DNA of 56,408 nt, counting the filler, from Squatina squatina (Eukaryota): the NCBI GenBank assembly GCA_031763465.1. It is 3 parts of 3 records of this genome, joined end to end, with 100 filler letters (N's around TTAATTAATTAA, not from the genome) between each part and the next. Parts side by side here need not be neighbours in the genome. Positions count along the whole stretch, not along the records: positions 16,966 to 40,144 come from JARFOE010000092.1; positions 40,245 to 56,408 come from JARFOE010000203.1; 1 more part is not named here. One strand, given 5' to 3'. The notes under the pieces are model-generated. The model saw nothing but the letters and a program-made list of their open reading frames with translations, searched no databases and was not told the origin of the DNA. Position 1 is the first letter of the stretch. Each line of letters starts with the position of its first letter. This document shows positions 36,601 to 49,526 of the stretch, piece by piece. The position numbers were made by a program, and so were the translations under genes.

Positions 36601-36984
36601 CAATTATTGATTGTAATAGCANNNNNNNNNNNNNNNNNNNNNNNNNNNNNNNNNNNNNNNNNNNNNNNNNNNNNNNNNNNNNNNNNNNNNNNNNNNNNNN
36701 NNNNNNNNNNNNNNNNNNNNNCTGGCTGCCGTCCTCGCATCCCACGGGTAAACTTCACCCGCAGGTGCACTGGGGACGGTGAGGGGTCACGATGGGGCAG
36801 TAAAGGGTCAGCGCGCCCTTTGATGACGTGGTGTGCCCACCTGCAGCAGAATTCACCAGGCACAACACCTCTGGGACGCCCCGATGAATTTCCCGCGGGC
36901 GAGATTGCCGCATCGCCTCGCCAAATTTAAATTTTTTGCCTTTTAGTGCCCCTCGGAGGTGCTAAAGGGTGAAAAAAATCTTCA

Positions 36985-37800
36985 CCTTGGACTGTTACTT
37001 CTCTCACATCCTTACATGCATGCATCTCAAAAGAACTCTTGCATCTAATTAAGTTGCATGATGTATGTAAATGTGATGACAGCTGCAAAGGCCTGCAAGT
37101 TGACACGTGTGTATCACTGTATGTCATCATAACTGTAGGAACTTCTCACTTACTGTACCCTCATTGTATGAGAAGACAGATCAATAGCAGGAGGACCCCA
37201 AACATACATCTATTAAATCCCAGATGAGGAGGAGCTCTGTTAATTCTCAAGCGAGTTCACAGATGCTGTCGGATGTGAGGAAGTTGGAAAGCTGCTGCCA
37301 GCTTTGCATTAGTGCAAACCATGAGTTGCAGATGCTCATGGTAGACTGTAGTGCTGTAGTGTAAACAACCATTCATCAGTGACTGCACAGATGAGACTAA
37401 GGGTCACCTTCATACTTCTAGCAGAGCCTTCAGAGTATTTTGCTTGGGTTCAAGTGACTCTTGTAGACAATCCTGCTCAGGCAGCAACCTCCTTCATCAG
37501 CAGGCCGTGTGCGATCCAAAATCTCAGGCTCCGCATCTCTTCGTATCTTAGCATCTGCCCTCATTGTCTATATAATTAAAAGCCTTGGGTCTAGCCCATG
37601 CCCATCAAACTTAAGATGTTTGCAGCCACTGTCTTGTTTTGACTATGGCCCAAAGCAATCCATACCATTCGGTTAAAAGTCATCTTTGTGCCCATTCCAA
37701 AGAAGTCTCACATACAGTGTGACATTTTGCGATGGACATGTGCTGGATACAAGTATTAAATATAAGGCTTAGGTCACAACAAGCACATGAAGACTTAAAC
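36985..37800 (-). mobile_element. Probable Academ-type transposase relic (XPG-like motif and C-terminal Cys-rich region)
   Basis: Allowing two frameshifts, 37750-37675 reads LYPAHVIAKCHTVCDFFGMGTKMTFN, resembling HALTGCDTVSxFFGIGKK. It is followed by a TSDS segment, PTVMMT and a Cys-rich tail (SCNLIRCKSSFEMHAC). Confidence 0.45.
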
Positions 37801-38302
37801 AATTCACAGAAAGATTGAGAAACTTACCGACAACATTGATTCCGTCCACTTGGAAGTCCACCTAGAAATAATGCAAAAGCAAAATACTGCGGATGCTGGA
37901 ATCCGAAATAAAAACAGAGAATGCTGGAAATATTCAGCAGGTCAGGCACAGAAATAACACCTCTAGAGGCTAACCCTCTCTCAGGGATTTGGGACTTGCG
38001 CTTTGCTCCCGTCCTGGAGATGTCTTTGTCCAGCTCAGCCTTCCTCTCGTGATATATTTTTCAGCTTCCGCACATGGTTGACAAAGGAAATGTTTCCATT
38101 GTCTAATGCGCGTTTTGTAATGTAGCAAAAATAGTTTGAGCAGCAGCATTTGTTGTAGACGTATGACAGAGTACTCTAAATGAACCGGCAAACAGAGGCT
38201 TCATCCATGAACAACAAATTCTGGAAAGACTGCACCATTATTCATGTTCTGAATAAAAGTCTTGAAGTTAGCCATGCTTATTTAAGCAGATCATTTTCTG
38301 TA

Positions 38303-38740
38303 GAAAGAAAGATTTGCATTTATATAGCACCTTTCACAACCACCGGACATTCCAAAGCACTTTACAGCCAATGAAGTACTTTTTGATATGTAGTCACTGT
38401 TGTAATGTAGGAAATGCAGCAGCCAAGCTCCCACAGACAGCGATGTGATAATAACCAGATAATCTGTTTTAGTGATGTTGTTTGATGGATAAATATTGTC
38501 CAGGATACTTCCATGCTCTTCTTCAAAATGGTGCCGTGGGATCTTTTATGTCCACCAGAGGGAGCAGACGGGGCCTCGGTTTAATGTCTCATCTGAACGA
38601 CGGCACCTCCGACAGTGCAGCACTCCTTCGGTACTGGAGTGTCAGCCTAGATTTTTGTGTTCAAGTCTCTGGAGTGGGACTTAAACCCACAACCTTCTGA
38701 CTCAGAGGCGAGAGTGCTACCCACCAAGCCACGGTTGACA
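38303..38740 (-). mobile_element. Deu-domain SINE (same family as 26263-26712)
   Basis: Reverse complement shows the tRNA head, Deu core and ctttc tail. Confidence 0.8.
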
Positions 38741-38744
38741 CTAA

Positions 38745-39409
38745 CAATAAGGAGAAACTGTTTCCACTGGCAGGAGGGTCGATACCGAGAAAGCACAGAT
38801 TTTAAGGCAATGGGCAAAAGAACCAAGAGGGAGTCAAGGAGAATTTTTTTAATGTAGCAAGTTACGATGATCTGGAACACACTGCCTGAAAGGGCGGTGG
38901 AAGCAGGTTCAATAGTAATTTCCAAAAGGGAATTAGATAAATACTCGGAAAGGAAACAGTAGCAGGCCGATGGGGAAAGAGTTGGACTAATCGGATCGTT
39001 CTTTCAAAGAGCCGGCACATGCTTGGTGAGCCGAAAGGCCTTCTTCTGTGCTGTAAAAATATATTGTGCTTTGTGGAGAAGTGATATCCTCATAGAAGCA
39101 ACTCCTCTTGTACTCCGGATTCTCAATTATCCATTCGAGGAGACCCTACCTGTGTATAATGGTAATTGGTGGATGATTGAGAGTCCTACTTTTTCGGGGT
39201 GGCAGGCGGTGACTAGTGGAGTGCTGCAGGGATCAGTGCTTGGGCCCCAGCTATGCACAATATATATAAATGACGTGGATGAGGAAACCAAATACAACAT
39301 TTCCAAGTTTGCTGATGACACAAAACTGGGCAGGAATGTGAGCTGTGAGGAGGATGCAAAGAGGCTTCAAGGCGATTTAGACAAGTTGAGTGAGTGGGCA
39401 AACACATGG
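38745..39409 (+). mobile_element. CR1-like fragments (3' end 38745-39060; RT core 39185-39409)
   Basis: FSGWQAVTSGVLQGSVLGPQLCTIYINDVDE...SKFADDTKLG. Confidence 0.88.
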
Positions 39410-40144
39410 NNNNNNNNNNNNNNNNNNNNNNNNNNNNNNNNNNNNNNNNNNNNNNNNNNNNNNNNNNNNNNNNNNNNNNNNNNNNNNNNNNNNNNNNNNN
39501 NNNNNNNNNCAACACATTCTCCTTTGCTGCTTGAACTTTAACAGAGTACAAGATAAAAACAAATGGGAAAGATTATCAGAGCTGCGATTTAAACAAGGAG
39601 ACAAAGTCCTCATCTCTTACCCATATGTATGTACCTTGTACATTGAACTAAGATCAGATCAACAAAATTCATATGCAGGTAAATGCATTTCTTTCAAATA
39701 TAGATTTACAAGTGTATGACACAAGAATAAAACAATACTATATAAGAGTTTCCTTTTTTTTTGTTTTCAACCCCATCCTGTTTGCTTTTTGTACCCCTCC
39801 CTCCATTATGTATCAAGTATCATGCTCTGTCCAAAAAGGCCGCTTGGTAGTCTGGGGCTAGGCCTCACCCAATGCTGCTCTATAGGGTGAGCAAGGACAT
39901 GCTGTGTTGACTCAACCTACCCATTCTTGTCTTCACTTGCCTGCTCCTGATTGGGTGGATCCAGAATTTGTGTGTGAGGAGCTGTGTAATTGTTTGGGTG
40001 TAGTGTGAATTAAAAGATTTTGCAGAAGTAAGATGCTTAAAATTATGAAGGGTTTTGATAGAGTAGATAGGGAGAAACTGTTCCCACTGGCAGGAGGGTT
40101 GGTAACCAGAGAACACAGATTTAAGATAATTGGCAATAGAACCG

Positions 40145-40244
40145 NNNNNNNNNNNNNNNNNNNNNNNNNNNNNNNNNNNNNNNNNNNNTTAATTAATTAA
40201 NNNNNNNNNNNNNNNNNNNNNNNNNNNNNNNNNNNNNNNNNNNN
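40145..40244. other. Artificial scaffold spacer N44-TTAATTAATTAA-N44
   Basis: Identical to 16866-16965. Confidence 0.95.
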
Positions 40245-40517
40245 CTTTCATTCAAGCTTCGACAGAACTGTCATCTGTCAAAAGCTTGAATGAAAGATAC
40301 TCCTCCCTGATTGTTATGGCCTCCCATGTGACCTCTCCAGACCCTTCGCTCGACTTGCCCGGGAATCTACAGAGCCCCGCTCTGAAACTCCAACTCGGGG
40401 TGGGGGACTGAATCTCGCACGTTCGTGTGGATCGAGGACTGTCAGGTAAGTACGTAAATATTTTTGCCATCGGAGGCCTCCACACACAGGAAGCCTCCGA
40501 TCGCAATTTCAGGGCCA
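40245..40517. mobile_element. Half of a palindromic MITE
   Basis: Hairpin ctttcattcaagcttcgacaga-N7-tctgtcaaaagcttgaatgaaag, and a terminus aatttcagggcc resembling other MITE ends in the window. Confidence 0.45.
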
Positions 40518-40894
40518 ATAAGTAACATTTTGTGCTTTTTCTGGCAACATAAAGTGAAGCTGAATGAAAATGAGGACATTTTACAGTTTATTTTAATCAA
40601 ATGGTTATAGTAGCTTGAAAAGTTCAACAAAGGTTATTCATTTCAATGACTGCAAATGCAGAAGACCATCATATCAGAGTCTTTTAGTGTACAATTAATA
40701 AGTTATTGCAAGTTGCCAGCCTCACTTGAATAATTTGGTATGCGAAGTGTTGTGTTGGTCCAGCAGTGGATAAGCTTTTGGGTTGGGAGTTGGGGACCAG
40801 TGTCACATTCTCTCAGCATTAACTTGTCTTTTTTTTCCCCCTAGTAGTATGTTGTCCTCTTGTGCCAGACTTGACATTATACAATTTCTTGCAG

Positions 40895-40956
40895 AACCTC
40901 TTGAGATGTTCATGGTCGACTGATGGAAGCAAAATAGCAGCTGGATCTGCTGACAG
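40895..40956 (+). CDS. SNRNP40: U5 snRNP 40-kDa WD40 protein exon (62 nt)
   Basis: ttgcag|NLLRCSWSTDGSKIAAGSADR|gtaaat matches SNRNP40 NLLRCSWSPDGSKIAAGSADR. Confidence 0.9.
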
Positions 40957-41469
40957 GTAAATATTGTCTCATGAGCACTTTGATAATAAATGTGTGATTA
41001 ATAAATCTTTTGAAAGAAATGGATGATCATTCATATGCATTTTGTATATTTATGATGTCCACTCACTGATTTGACTGATGAATTTTATGATGGGCCAGGA
41101 GCTGTGTATCTTTGAATACATTGTCTCCCTGTCATAACTTCCATTAATTTAATAACTTTACTTAATTGTATTTGAAACCTCCTTTATTGAATGTCCAGGA
41201 TGATGCGTGCAGGAAATTGTTTAAACACAGATTCTATCTCATTTCTTGCGCAGACACTGACTTTCCACTTCTTCTCTCGGACGTCTTGATTTTTTCACCC
41301 TTTGCTCTGATACACTGGGTCTCTGTCACTTCTGTCTCCCATACATTCTCGCCCCCACCTCTGGACTATTGTCTCCCGATTTCTCATACTCAGAAACCCT
41401 CTACCTTTTCTGTTATAAGCACACTGGCTCCTGTTGCATTCAAACTATTCTTCAGTGTCTCTACATCCT

Positions 41470-42140
41470 TTATAATATGGAGCCCAGAAGTGTGAACATT
41501 AATCTTAAATGTGGTCTAACCAATGATCGATACAAGTTTAACATAACTTCTCCGCTTTTCAATTCTCTACCTTTGGAAACAAACCCAAGGGCTTGGTTTG
41601 CTTTTTGTGGCCTTATTAACCTGCGTCGTCAGTATGTGATTTGTGTATCTCTACCCCTTTGCTCCTCTACCCCAGTTAGACTATTAATTTCCAAGCAGTA
41701 TGTCACCTCCTTATTCATCCTACCAGAAATAAACACCTCTCACTTATCTATATTGAAATTCATTTGCCAATTACAGGCCAATTCTGCTAGTTTATTAATG
41801 TGTTCTTGTATTTTGTCGCAGTCTTCTTCAGTATTAACTGTACTCTGCCAATTTGGTGTCATCTGTAAATTTCAAAACTATACTTCCAATTCCCAAGTCC
41901 AAATTGTTTCTGTAAATTATGAACAACAGTGGTCTCAGCACCAATCCTTGTGGAACACCACTTCCCACTTTTTTCCTAGCTACCCTAAACCCCTAATCTC
42001 TGTTTTCTGTTCTGCAGCCAGCTGGCTATCCATTCTGCTACCGGTTCTCTGACTTCGAGTGCTCTGACCATAGTCCTGAGTCTAATATGCTGCACCTAAT
42101 TGAAGGCCTTTTGAAAATTCAAGTCTATTACGTCCAATCT
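41470..42140 (-). mobile_element. Old CR1-like RT fragment
   Basis: Reverse strand shows SGVPQG..LRPLLFIIY...LDL....KFADDTKL remnants. Confidence 0.75.
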
Positions 42141-42164
42141 GTTACCCTTGTCCTCTCTGTTATT

Positions 42165-42640
42165 CGGTCATGGCATGTGGGCATTGCGGGCACGGCCAGC
42201 ATTTATTGTCTATCCCTATTTGCCCTTGAGAAGGTGCTGTTGAGCTGCCTTCTTAAACCGCTGCAATCTGTGATGTAAAAGTACTTCCACAGTGATGTTT
42301 CGGAGGGAGTTCCAGGATTTTGTTGCAACGATGATGAAAGAACGGCAGTATATTTCCAAGTCAGTGTGGTGTGTGATTGGAGGGGAACTGGGAGATGATG
42401 ATGATGTTCCCACACACCTGCTGTCCTTGTCCTTCCAGATGGTGGAGGTCGAGGGTTTGGGAGGTGATGTCGGAGAAACCTTGGCGAGTTTCTGCAGTGC
42501 ATTTTATGTGATAGACACTGCAGCCATGGTGTGCCGGTGGTGGAGGGAGTGAATGTTTAAGGTGCTGGTTGGGATGCCAATTTGCTTTGTCGAGCTTCTT
42601 GAGGGTTGTTGGAGCTGCACTCATCCAGGCAAGAGGTGAG
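42165..42640 (-). mobile_element. Non-LTR retrotransposon 3' end (second family)
   Basis: WMSAAPTTLKKLD...KSWNSL....LQRFKKAAQQHLLKG; tail shared with the SINEs at 20965 and 45500. Confidence 0.8.
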
Positions 42641-45499
42641 TGTCAGCGTGGATTAACTCTCTGGAGTGGGGCGTGAACACACAACCTTTGATTCTAGAAG
42701 CGAGAGACTGTTGCCAATGAGCCAAGGCTGACATTGACTACTTCAGAACGGTCCTCAATTCTTTTTTTCTGTCCGCTAACCCGATGTGTCTTTCTTCCAT
42801 AGGAGAAGTCATGCTGGAACTCCCAGGAGTTTTGTGAAAACCCTACTGGCTTTGAAGAATACTTGAGTCTGACTGGAAACCACTTTGGATAATCCCAGGT
42901 CCGGGAGGCTCGGACACAATTTGCTGAGACTGTGAAGGACGTCAAGTGAAATCAGAGACATGAAGGTAACTGGGGGTCCCCGGGGTAATGGCTGCTCTGC
43001 TCAGCGGAGCAGTTTAAAAGGAAGGGGAACAGTCTGGGGAGAAAGTTGGCTGAGGACAGGAAACAGCGGCTCACAGTTACTGGGAGTTGCTCAGTTTGGA
43101 GGAGGGTTGGAGGTGGTTCCCCCAGGGCTCAGTACTGGGCCCATTTTCCTTCTCCCTGTCCAGAGACTGTTCAGATTTGGGAATCAGGGGCACAATCTGA
43201 ACATTTACTGAGGGCACAAAAGTAGGAGGTTTGACGGTCAGTAATGAGACTGTAAATGTGTTCANNNNNNNNNNNNNNNNNNNNNNNNNNNNNNNNNNNN
43301 NNNNNNNNNNNNNNNNNNNNNNNNNNNNNNNNNNNNNNNNNNNNNNNNNNNNNNNNNNNNNNNNATGATTTGTGGGTCTATTGTAGAGCTGGCAAACAGC
43401 GCGCTAATATTGTTCCAACTGACATTTGGGTCCTGAGACCAACGCAGAGCCCTCATTTACATACATTAAATAGGCGCCCTCCAATTTCAGGTGACGTGCC
43501 ACATGCCCAACAAGAGGCTCAATCCAAAATGATGGCGCACTTCCAGAGCTGAGCAGGTGGGTGAGACTGTGGCCATATTTTTGGGGTCGTGACGCCTATA
43601 GGCTGAGCGTTAAATAATGACTTTGGTGCTAATTCTCTTTAATTTGGAAGTTTAAAAAAAACAGTCTCACGTTCTCATAGTTATTCACAAAAATACCAAT
43701 TTATTTTCATTATCCACTATGCTAAAGGTTGTCTTGCAACCTAAGATGTTGCAATGTTTTTCTCCAGTCTAAATAAATAGCTAAAGGATTTAAAACTGGT
43801 TTGCAAACAAATTATGAAAGCATGGGGATATCAAAAGATTGTCTGTTTGGCTTTGTTGGTTGACATTCGATTTCACATTATTCTGAAGAGCAGAGTAATC
43901 TGCACTGCAAGCAACTATGAGGCGGAGGACTGTTACACCAAACACATTCTCTCAGAAAAATCAATAGCACTGTTGGACCTCCTTCTTCCGGTAAATTAAT
44001 ACTAATTTGCTAATGTTTTTAATAAATTGACGTCTCATATGGTGTTGTTTATGGGGGGGTGGTTCCAAAATAACTGTTCATTTATGAATCAACTGGGTTA
44101 TCAATCCATCAGGGATGAGCCTTTTGCTTATTGGGTGCATACCAGCCTCTGAGTCTGATGGTGAAGGGTTTCAGCCCCACTCCAGACAGCCCCACCAANN
44201 NNNNNNNNNNNNNNNNNNNNNNNNNNNNNNNNNNNNNNNNNNNNNNNNNNNNNNNNNNNNNNNNNNNNNNNNNNNNNNNNNNNNNNNNNNNNNNNNNNAG
44301 GTCTACGTGTGCTGTAAATTAGTGCTCAATCTGGAGGCGATGACACAGGATTAGATTTGCACGCTCAGTGAGTGAGCGGCAGAGCCCGTTTGGCTTGTAC
44401 ATGACCTAACCACCATCGGTTCCTAACGCGTGTGGAGCAAGTGGAAGTGAAATTAACCAACTGCTTCAAATAGAACTAGCAGCAAAACTGAAGTCAAACC
44501 ACATCGGCAGGCCAGTGAGTTTGAGGCCTGAAGTAGACCCTTCATCAGAACCCAACACAGTCTCATTTCCCCCCAGAAATCCCTCAATTACTTTTTAAAA
44601 GCACATGGGAAGAGGGCACAGAATGCCCTGGGTTATAAATCAGCCACTGATCTATTTCTGGAATTAAAGTGTGATCATGCACGCCCGTATCATTTTTATT
44701 GCTTTTCAAAAGCACCCATTTCCTCCCGTAAAATGTATGAAGTGTATTGGATTTCGGAGAAATTTGGGTAAATGATGCAGCGTCCTAATTCCAGGGGACC
44801 AGGGCAACTCAGAATTCAGGATTCTCATCCTGATTTTAATATTTTCTCTCATTTATATTACACTTTTAGAACCCCCACCCCTTTCTAGATTTCCTCCAAA
44901 ACTAGTCAGAACTAAAGCAAAGGACAATGTTGTGGTTATGCCCTAGGGCAGTTATATGACACGTTTTCTGAAATGATCTGTGCGCACCTTTTTTAAATCT
45001 GGATTCAGATCATTTTATTTCATGGCTTGATATGTTAATGGCAAGATTGAATTATAATGTAGTGAGTACATCACAATTAGTAGTAAGTGCGTGGGCAGAG
45101 CAAGTAGAAAATAGTCCATAATGCTTAATTAGAAAGGTTGCGGAACTAAATTGTTCCGAATAATGCAGTGCAAAAATACCCGACTTCTGAACTCGAGCTT
45201 GGATCAGCCTTGTATAGTTTTCATACATCTATTATTTTGAGTAGTAAGTGTCCTCTCTTTTTGCAATGACTCTGTATTTTCAGTACTTTTTATTTCCCTT
45301 GGAATTGGAAAACCCTTCACTTTAAACCACTTATGTGTCAGTCACTGTAGAGTTTCTGTTTCTGATGACAAACTGCCTTTGAACATCTCTCAAGCGGGTT
45401 TTTAAGTGTGAAGCCTGTCTTTATTCTTATACTAATTCCCCTTCTGCTGAAGGCATAGGGAAGTGAGAAAGAATCAATCAGTATACAGCTCCCAGTTAC

Positions 45500-45870
45500 C
45501 CTCTGGTACATTGCAGGGAACAGTAGCACAATGATGATGTTAATCCAGAGACAAGAGTTCAAATCCCACCACAGCAGTTGGGGAATCTAAATTCAGTTAA
45601 TTAAGTAAATCTGGAATAAAAGGCTAGTATCAGTAATGGTGACCATGAATCTGTTGTAAAAACCCATCTGATTCACTAATGTCTTTTTAAGGGAGGAAAT
45701 CCTTTTAGAGAAGGAAACCTTACTCTGTATGTTACTCTGGACCCACAGCAATGTGGTCGACTCTTATCTGCCCTCTGAAATGGAGCAAGCCACTCAAGGG
45801 CAACTGGGGATGGGCAATAAATGCTGGCCTTGCCAGTGACGCCCACATCCCATGAGCGAATCAAAAAAAA
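45500..45870 (+). mobile_element. tRNA-derived SINE (MER131-like core)
   Basis: B-box-like gagttcaaatccc, core aatggtgaccatgaa..aaacccatctgattcactaatgtc, LINE-derived tail and A-run. Confidence 0.7.
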
Positions 45871-45871
45871 T

Positions 45872-46165
45872 AATCACCCAAGTGGTAATTCATTGTGTTG
45901 ATAGGCTACTCAGTTATGGGTAAGCTCAATGCTGTCCACACAAGTAAATTTACCAGCACAAGTCACTAGATAGTAATCAGGACTCTTCCTCCCCATACAA
46001 ACACCTGCCCTGTCCTCCACCCAACCCAGGGGTGCTGAGCCCAATTGTACAGCCAGAACTGCCATGCTGGCTGCAGTCCATTAAATCAGCACATATTGGG
46101 AATCAAACCTGGCACCTTCTGCTCCAAGTGGTTCCACGACATGTTGGCATTACCAACTGAGCTTT
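45872..46165 (-). mobile_element. Old tRNA-derived SINE (related copy at about 47215-47530, +)
   Basis: Minus strand has A-box agctcagttgg and B-box ggtttgattccc; body similar to 47250-47480. Confidence 0.55.
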
Positions 46166-46501
46166 TGTGGAGCTAATTATTTTAAAACTTGTTATTGAGC
46201 ATTATTACACTGAAAATATCTGATTGCAGCCTGTGTTCCCTAAAACAGGACAGATGTAATAGATAAATAAATTATTTTAGGGAACACAGGCTTGGAATCA
46301 GCCATTTTAAGTGTAATAGTTCTCAGAATGTGGAAATCATAGCTGCTGTTGGTTCAAATTGACACTGGGGCTGGTATCAAACAGTTTTCAATATTGTCAG
46401 TAAATGATTTGAAAACTCCCTGCAGATACCATTATTGATAGTGTAGCCCAATAAACGATGGCTTTTATTTTTTTAAAACATATTTCACTCTTTGTTTTCA
46501 G

Positions 46502-46627
46502 AGGGGAGTGAGAAAGAATCTATCAGTATGCAATAAGCTATGTTATGCTATTGGCGGAGCACCCTACCAGATAACAGGATGCGCCATTGGATTCTTCCTA
46601 CAAATTTACCTGTTGGATGTAGCACAG
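46502..46627 (+). CDS. MFSD2A: MFSD2A (Na+-dependent LPC symporter) exon, 126 nt
   Basis: ttttcag|RGVRKNLSVCNKLCYAIGGAPYQITGCAIGFFLQIYLLDVAQ|gtaagt. Confidence 0.92.
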
Positions 46628-47778
46628 GTAAGTCCTGCTGATTGAATAATATCGATGTGCACTGCTTTAATTGAATAATTAGTCCAGGTTAATGACTACT
46701 GGCTTAACTGAGAAGTGTGAAATAAAATAGTAAGGGTTTGAATTTCTATTATTGGTTATCCGTAGGGAAATGGTGCAAGACTGATCAAAAAATTAGCTTC
46801 TGGCAAAGACCTGATGGACTTGCTGACTATTAGAACTTACAAATCATTTGTGTGGAATTCACTACTGGTGTGGACCAATACAGCATTTGCCACCCAAAAT
46901 GCTGTGATGCCTGTATTGTAAAATTGAAGTTTCTGGTAATTAAAAGCTGTTGCAAGCCTGCAGAACCTATACCTGCGACCCTGTCATTCAATTATTGCAA
47001 AAAATGTTTTCTAGAACTGAGAAATGTCTTCAGTTATGATGCATATAGCTACTTCTGCATTGGGGGAGGCAGACCTTTCAATTAAATGGGCAATTCTCAA
47101 AAACCATTAGCTCCTATACTCATAGTATGGATTAAATGTTCCCTCCACCATGCCTCCCCCTACCATTTCCAATACAATGTGTAGCTATGCCATGCGATGA
47201 AGAAGGCACCATTTAATCCACAGTCTGTTCTTGGTTAGCTAGTTTTACCTGTCGAATGCTAGGGGCATTACAGTTGACCACAGTGAGCCTGGGTTAGTGA
47301 GGTTCCTGCTCCTGATTGCTATCCAATGATCTCTGCTGGGAATGATTGTGTGTAGGTCAAGTAGAGACAGGATCAGCCTGGGCTGTGATACTTCCATGAT
47401 CAAATAGCTTGGCGAAACACATTTTCAAGGCTCACATGTAAATAATGGCCATGTGGTTGGGGTACCAGAGGATAGTCAGCACTTATACTTGTAGCCCAGC
47501 ATGGAGTTAATGCCATTAGAAGGGAGAAAATTGAGCAGGAGAAAAATAGCAAAAGGAATCTTGTCAGCCAAGTTCATCTATAGTAGCTCACAGATATTAG
47601 TTAAACTAGTAAGTAAACCCATGGATTGAATGCCATGGGTATCATATGGGCAAAAATGAAGTGTCTCCTAAGTATAAACCTTTTATCTTCCTCTAGTGTA
47701 AACTAATTTATTTTTGGTCAGAGCAAATGAGTCATTTTATTCTGCTTAATTGTGTATCCACATTTTCTTGCAACACAG

Positions 47779-47903
47779 ATTGATCCATCATCTGCATCCT
47801 TGATCCTCTTCATTGGCCGAGCCTGGGATGCCATCACAGATCCAACTGTTGGTTTTTTCATCAGCAGAAGTAAATGGACAAGATTCGGAAGACTGTTGCC
47901 ATG
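47779..47903 (+). CDS. MFSD2A: MFSD2A exon, 125 nt
   Basis: acacag|IDPSSASLILFIGRAWDAITDPTVGFFISRSKWTRFGRLLPW|gtagga. Confidence 0.92.
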
Positions 47904-49447
47904 GTAGGAAGGGTTTCGTGATTCAGTGTTTCACCTGTCAGTGATGTGAATCAGCTGAGCGTGTGAAAACTTTTATCTGCAAAAAGTTATTCACTAAATG
48001 CAAAGCAAGGGAACCGTACAAGCTTAAGTTTCCATATCTGATTAAACCATGCATTTTCTATTTAATGTTGATCACCCTTCAATGCCGATCGTAATGTTAT
48101 GCTATAAATGTGACAGTCCAGAGTCAAACCTCACTCTTACAAATGCTTGGTTAACCTTCAAATATTTCAGCTCTGTGACGGACTATAATAGGGCTTCTGT
48201 TGTGAGCACAAAATGGCTCTTAATATTGAGAAGTTTGCAGTAAGAATCTGTGTAAATATAACTGATTTAAAATGTCTCATTTGGTCCAAGGTCAAGAGGT
48301 GTGACTAAGACCTTCGACCACGTAACTAAATCCATAGGTGATTACTTTTGTCTTATTCTCCATATTGGAAATATGCTGATTCTTACAACATCCCTGTTCT
48401 CATAATAGAAATGGTTCAATGTGAATTCAATAGTAATGTTAGAAAGTTCTGTTTTTGTAACCACAGAAAGTTTGCTGCTCATCAGGAAGTTTAGATAATA
48501 GCCTAAAATTTCCACCCTNNNNNNNNNNNNNNNNNNNNNNNNNNNNNNNNNNNNNNNNNNNNNNNNNNNNNNNNNNNNNNNNNNNNNNNNNNNNNNNNNN
48601 NNNNNNNNNNNNNNNNNNTGTGAATAATGTTTCCTATTATTCTAATGACCTTAAGTTGCAAGGCCCAGGATCGATTTTGCAGGCAGTGAAGAGGCCATGT
48701 TTTCCAAAAACGGATCTGTTTACATGGGCTAGCTGCATTGCTTTGACTTGCGGCAGCACCTTTGGTAAACACAAAGTCAGTGCCTGTCTCAGCACTTGTA
48801 ATTTTTGTCCATCTTCCTTTTCCCCAACCCCTCTGAAATGGAGGACAGAATCTCCGTGCAGGATCAAAGCTGCGCATTTAATACAATACTCTACTGATAG
48901 CTGGGGCTAGCTCGAGCAGCCTGCAATTTCCATCACACCAATCTCTTTACGCTGCTGTGATAAACCTAGTATATACATAGACATGTGTTATTGCTGAGTA
49001 TGGACAGTCACCCCAATTAGAAAGGGCGACTGAGTGCAGCCCCAGCAGAAACATGAAATGCAATGTACTATATCTGGCATGCAGCAAGTTCTTGTCATTT
49101 AGTTCACTTCATTTAAAATAAATCACTATCAGGCCTGACTGGGCCTCCTTATTGAGACTCGCAGCACAATATCTCGGCTTAGTTTATATGATCTTTTGAC
49201 AACACTGTAATATTTAATATTAATATTACCTTGAGTGTAATAAACTTGTATTTAAACATTTTATTGTTGGTGTTCTGTGCTGTATTTTTTATATAACTGT
49301 AGCTCACCCTTAATTTGTATTTAGGCTTTTTCTCCTCTCGTGTTGCAGATGTCACAGTGCAACTTCAAACTTCCAAAGATACAGCTTTTTTTTAAATTTA
49401 AAAAAAAATGGCTGCTTGCAAATAAAATGTTCCTTTTTTTTCCTTAG

Positions 49448-49526
49448 TGCTTCCACGTACCCTACTCTGCACTTACAATGTTCATAAGCACAGACCAAAA
49501 GGAAAGGGATTCAGCAACAGCTTATC
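49448..49526 (+). CDS. MFSD2A: MFSD2A exon, 79 nt
   Basis: ccttag|CFHVPYSALTMFISTDQKERDSATAY(R)|gtgagt. Confidence 0.92.

Noticed and set aside
40297-40445. Exon-like segment ending in CAG|gtaagt upstream of SNRNP40
   Set aside because: It lies within a palindromic MITE-like element, and its translation does not resemble SNRNP40.
41369-42052. 227-aa + strand ORF
   Set aside because: It is the antisense frame of a decayed CR1 RT.
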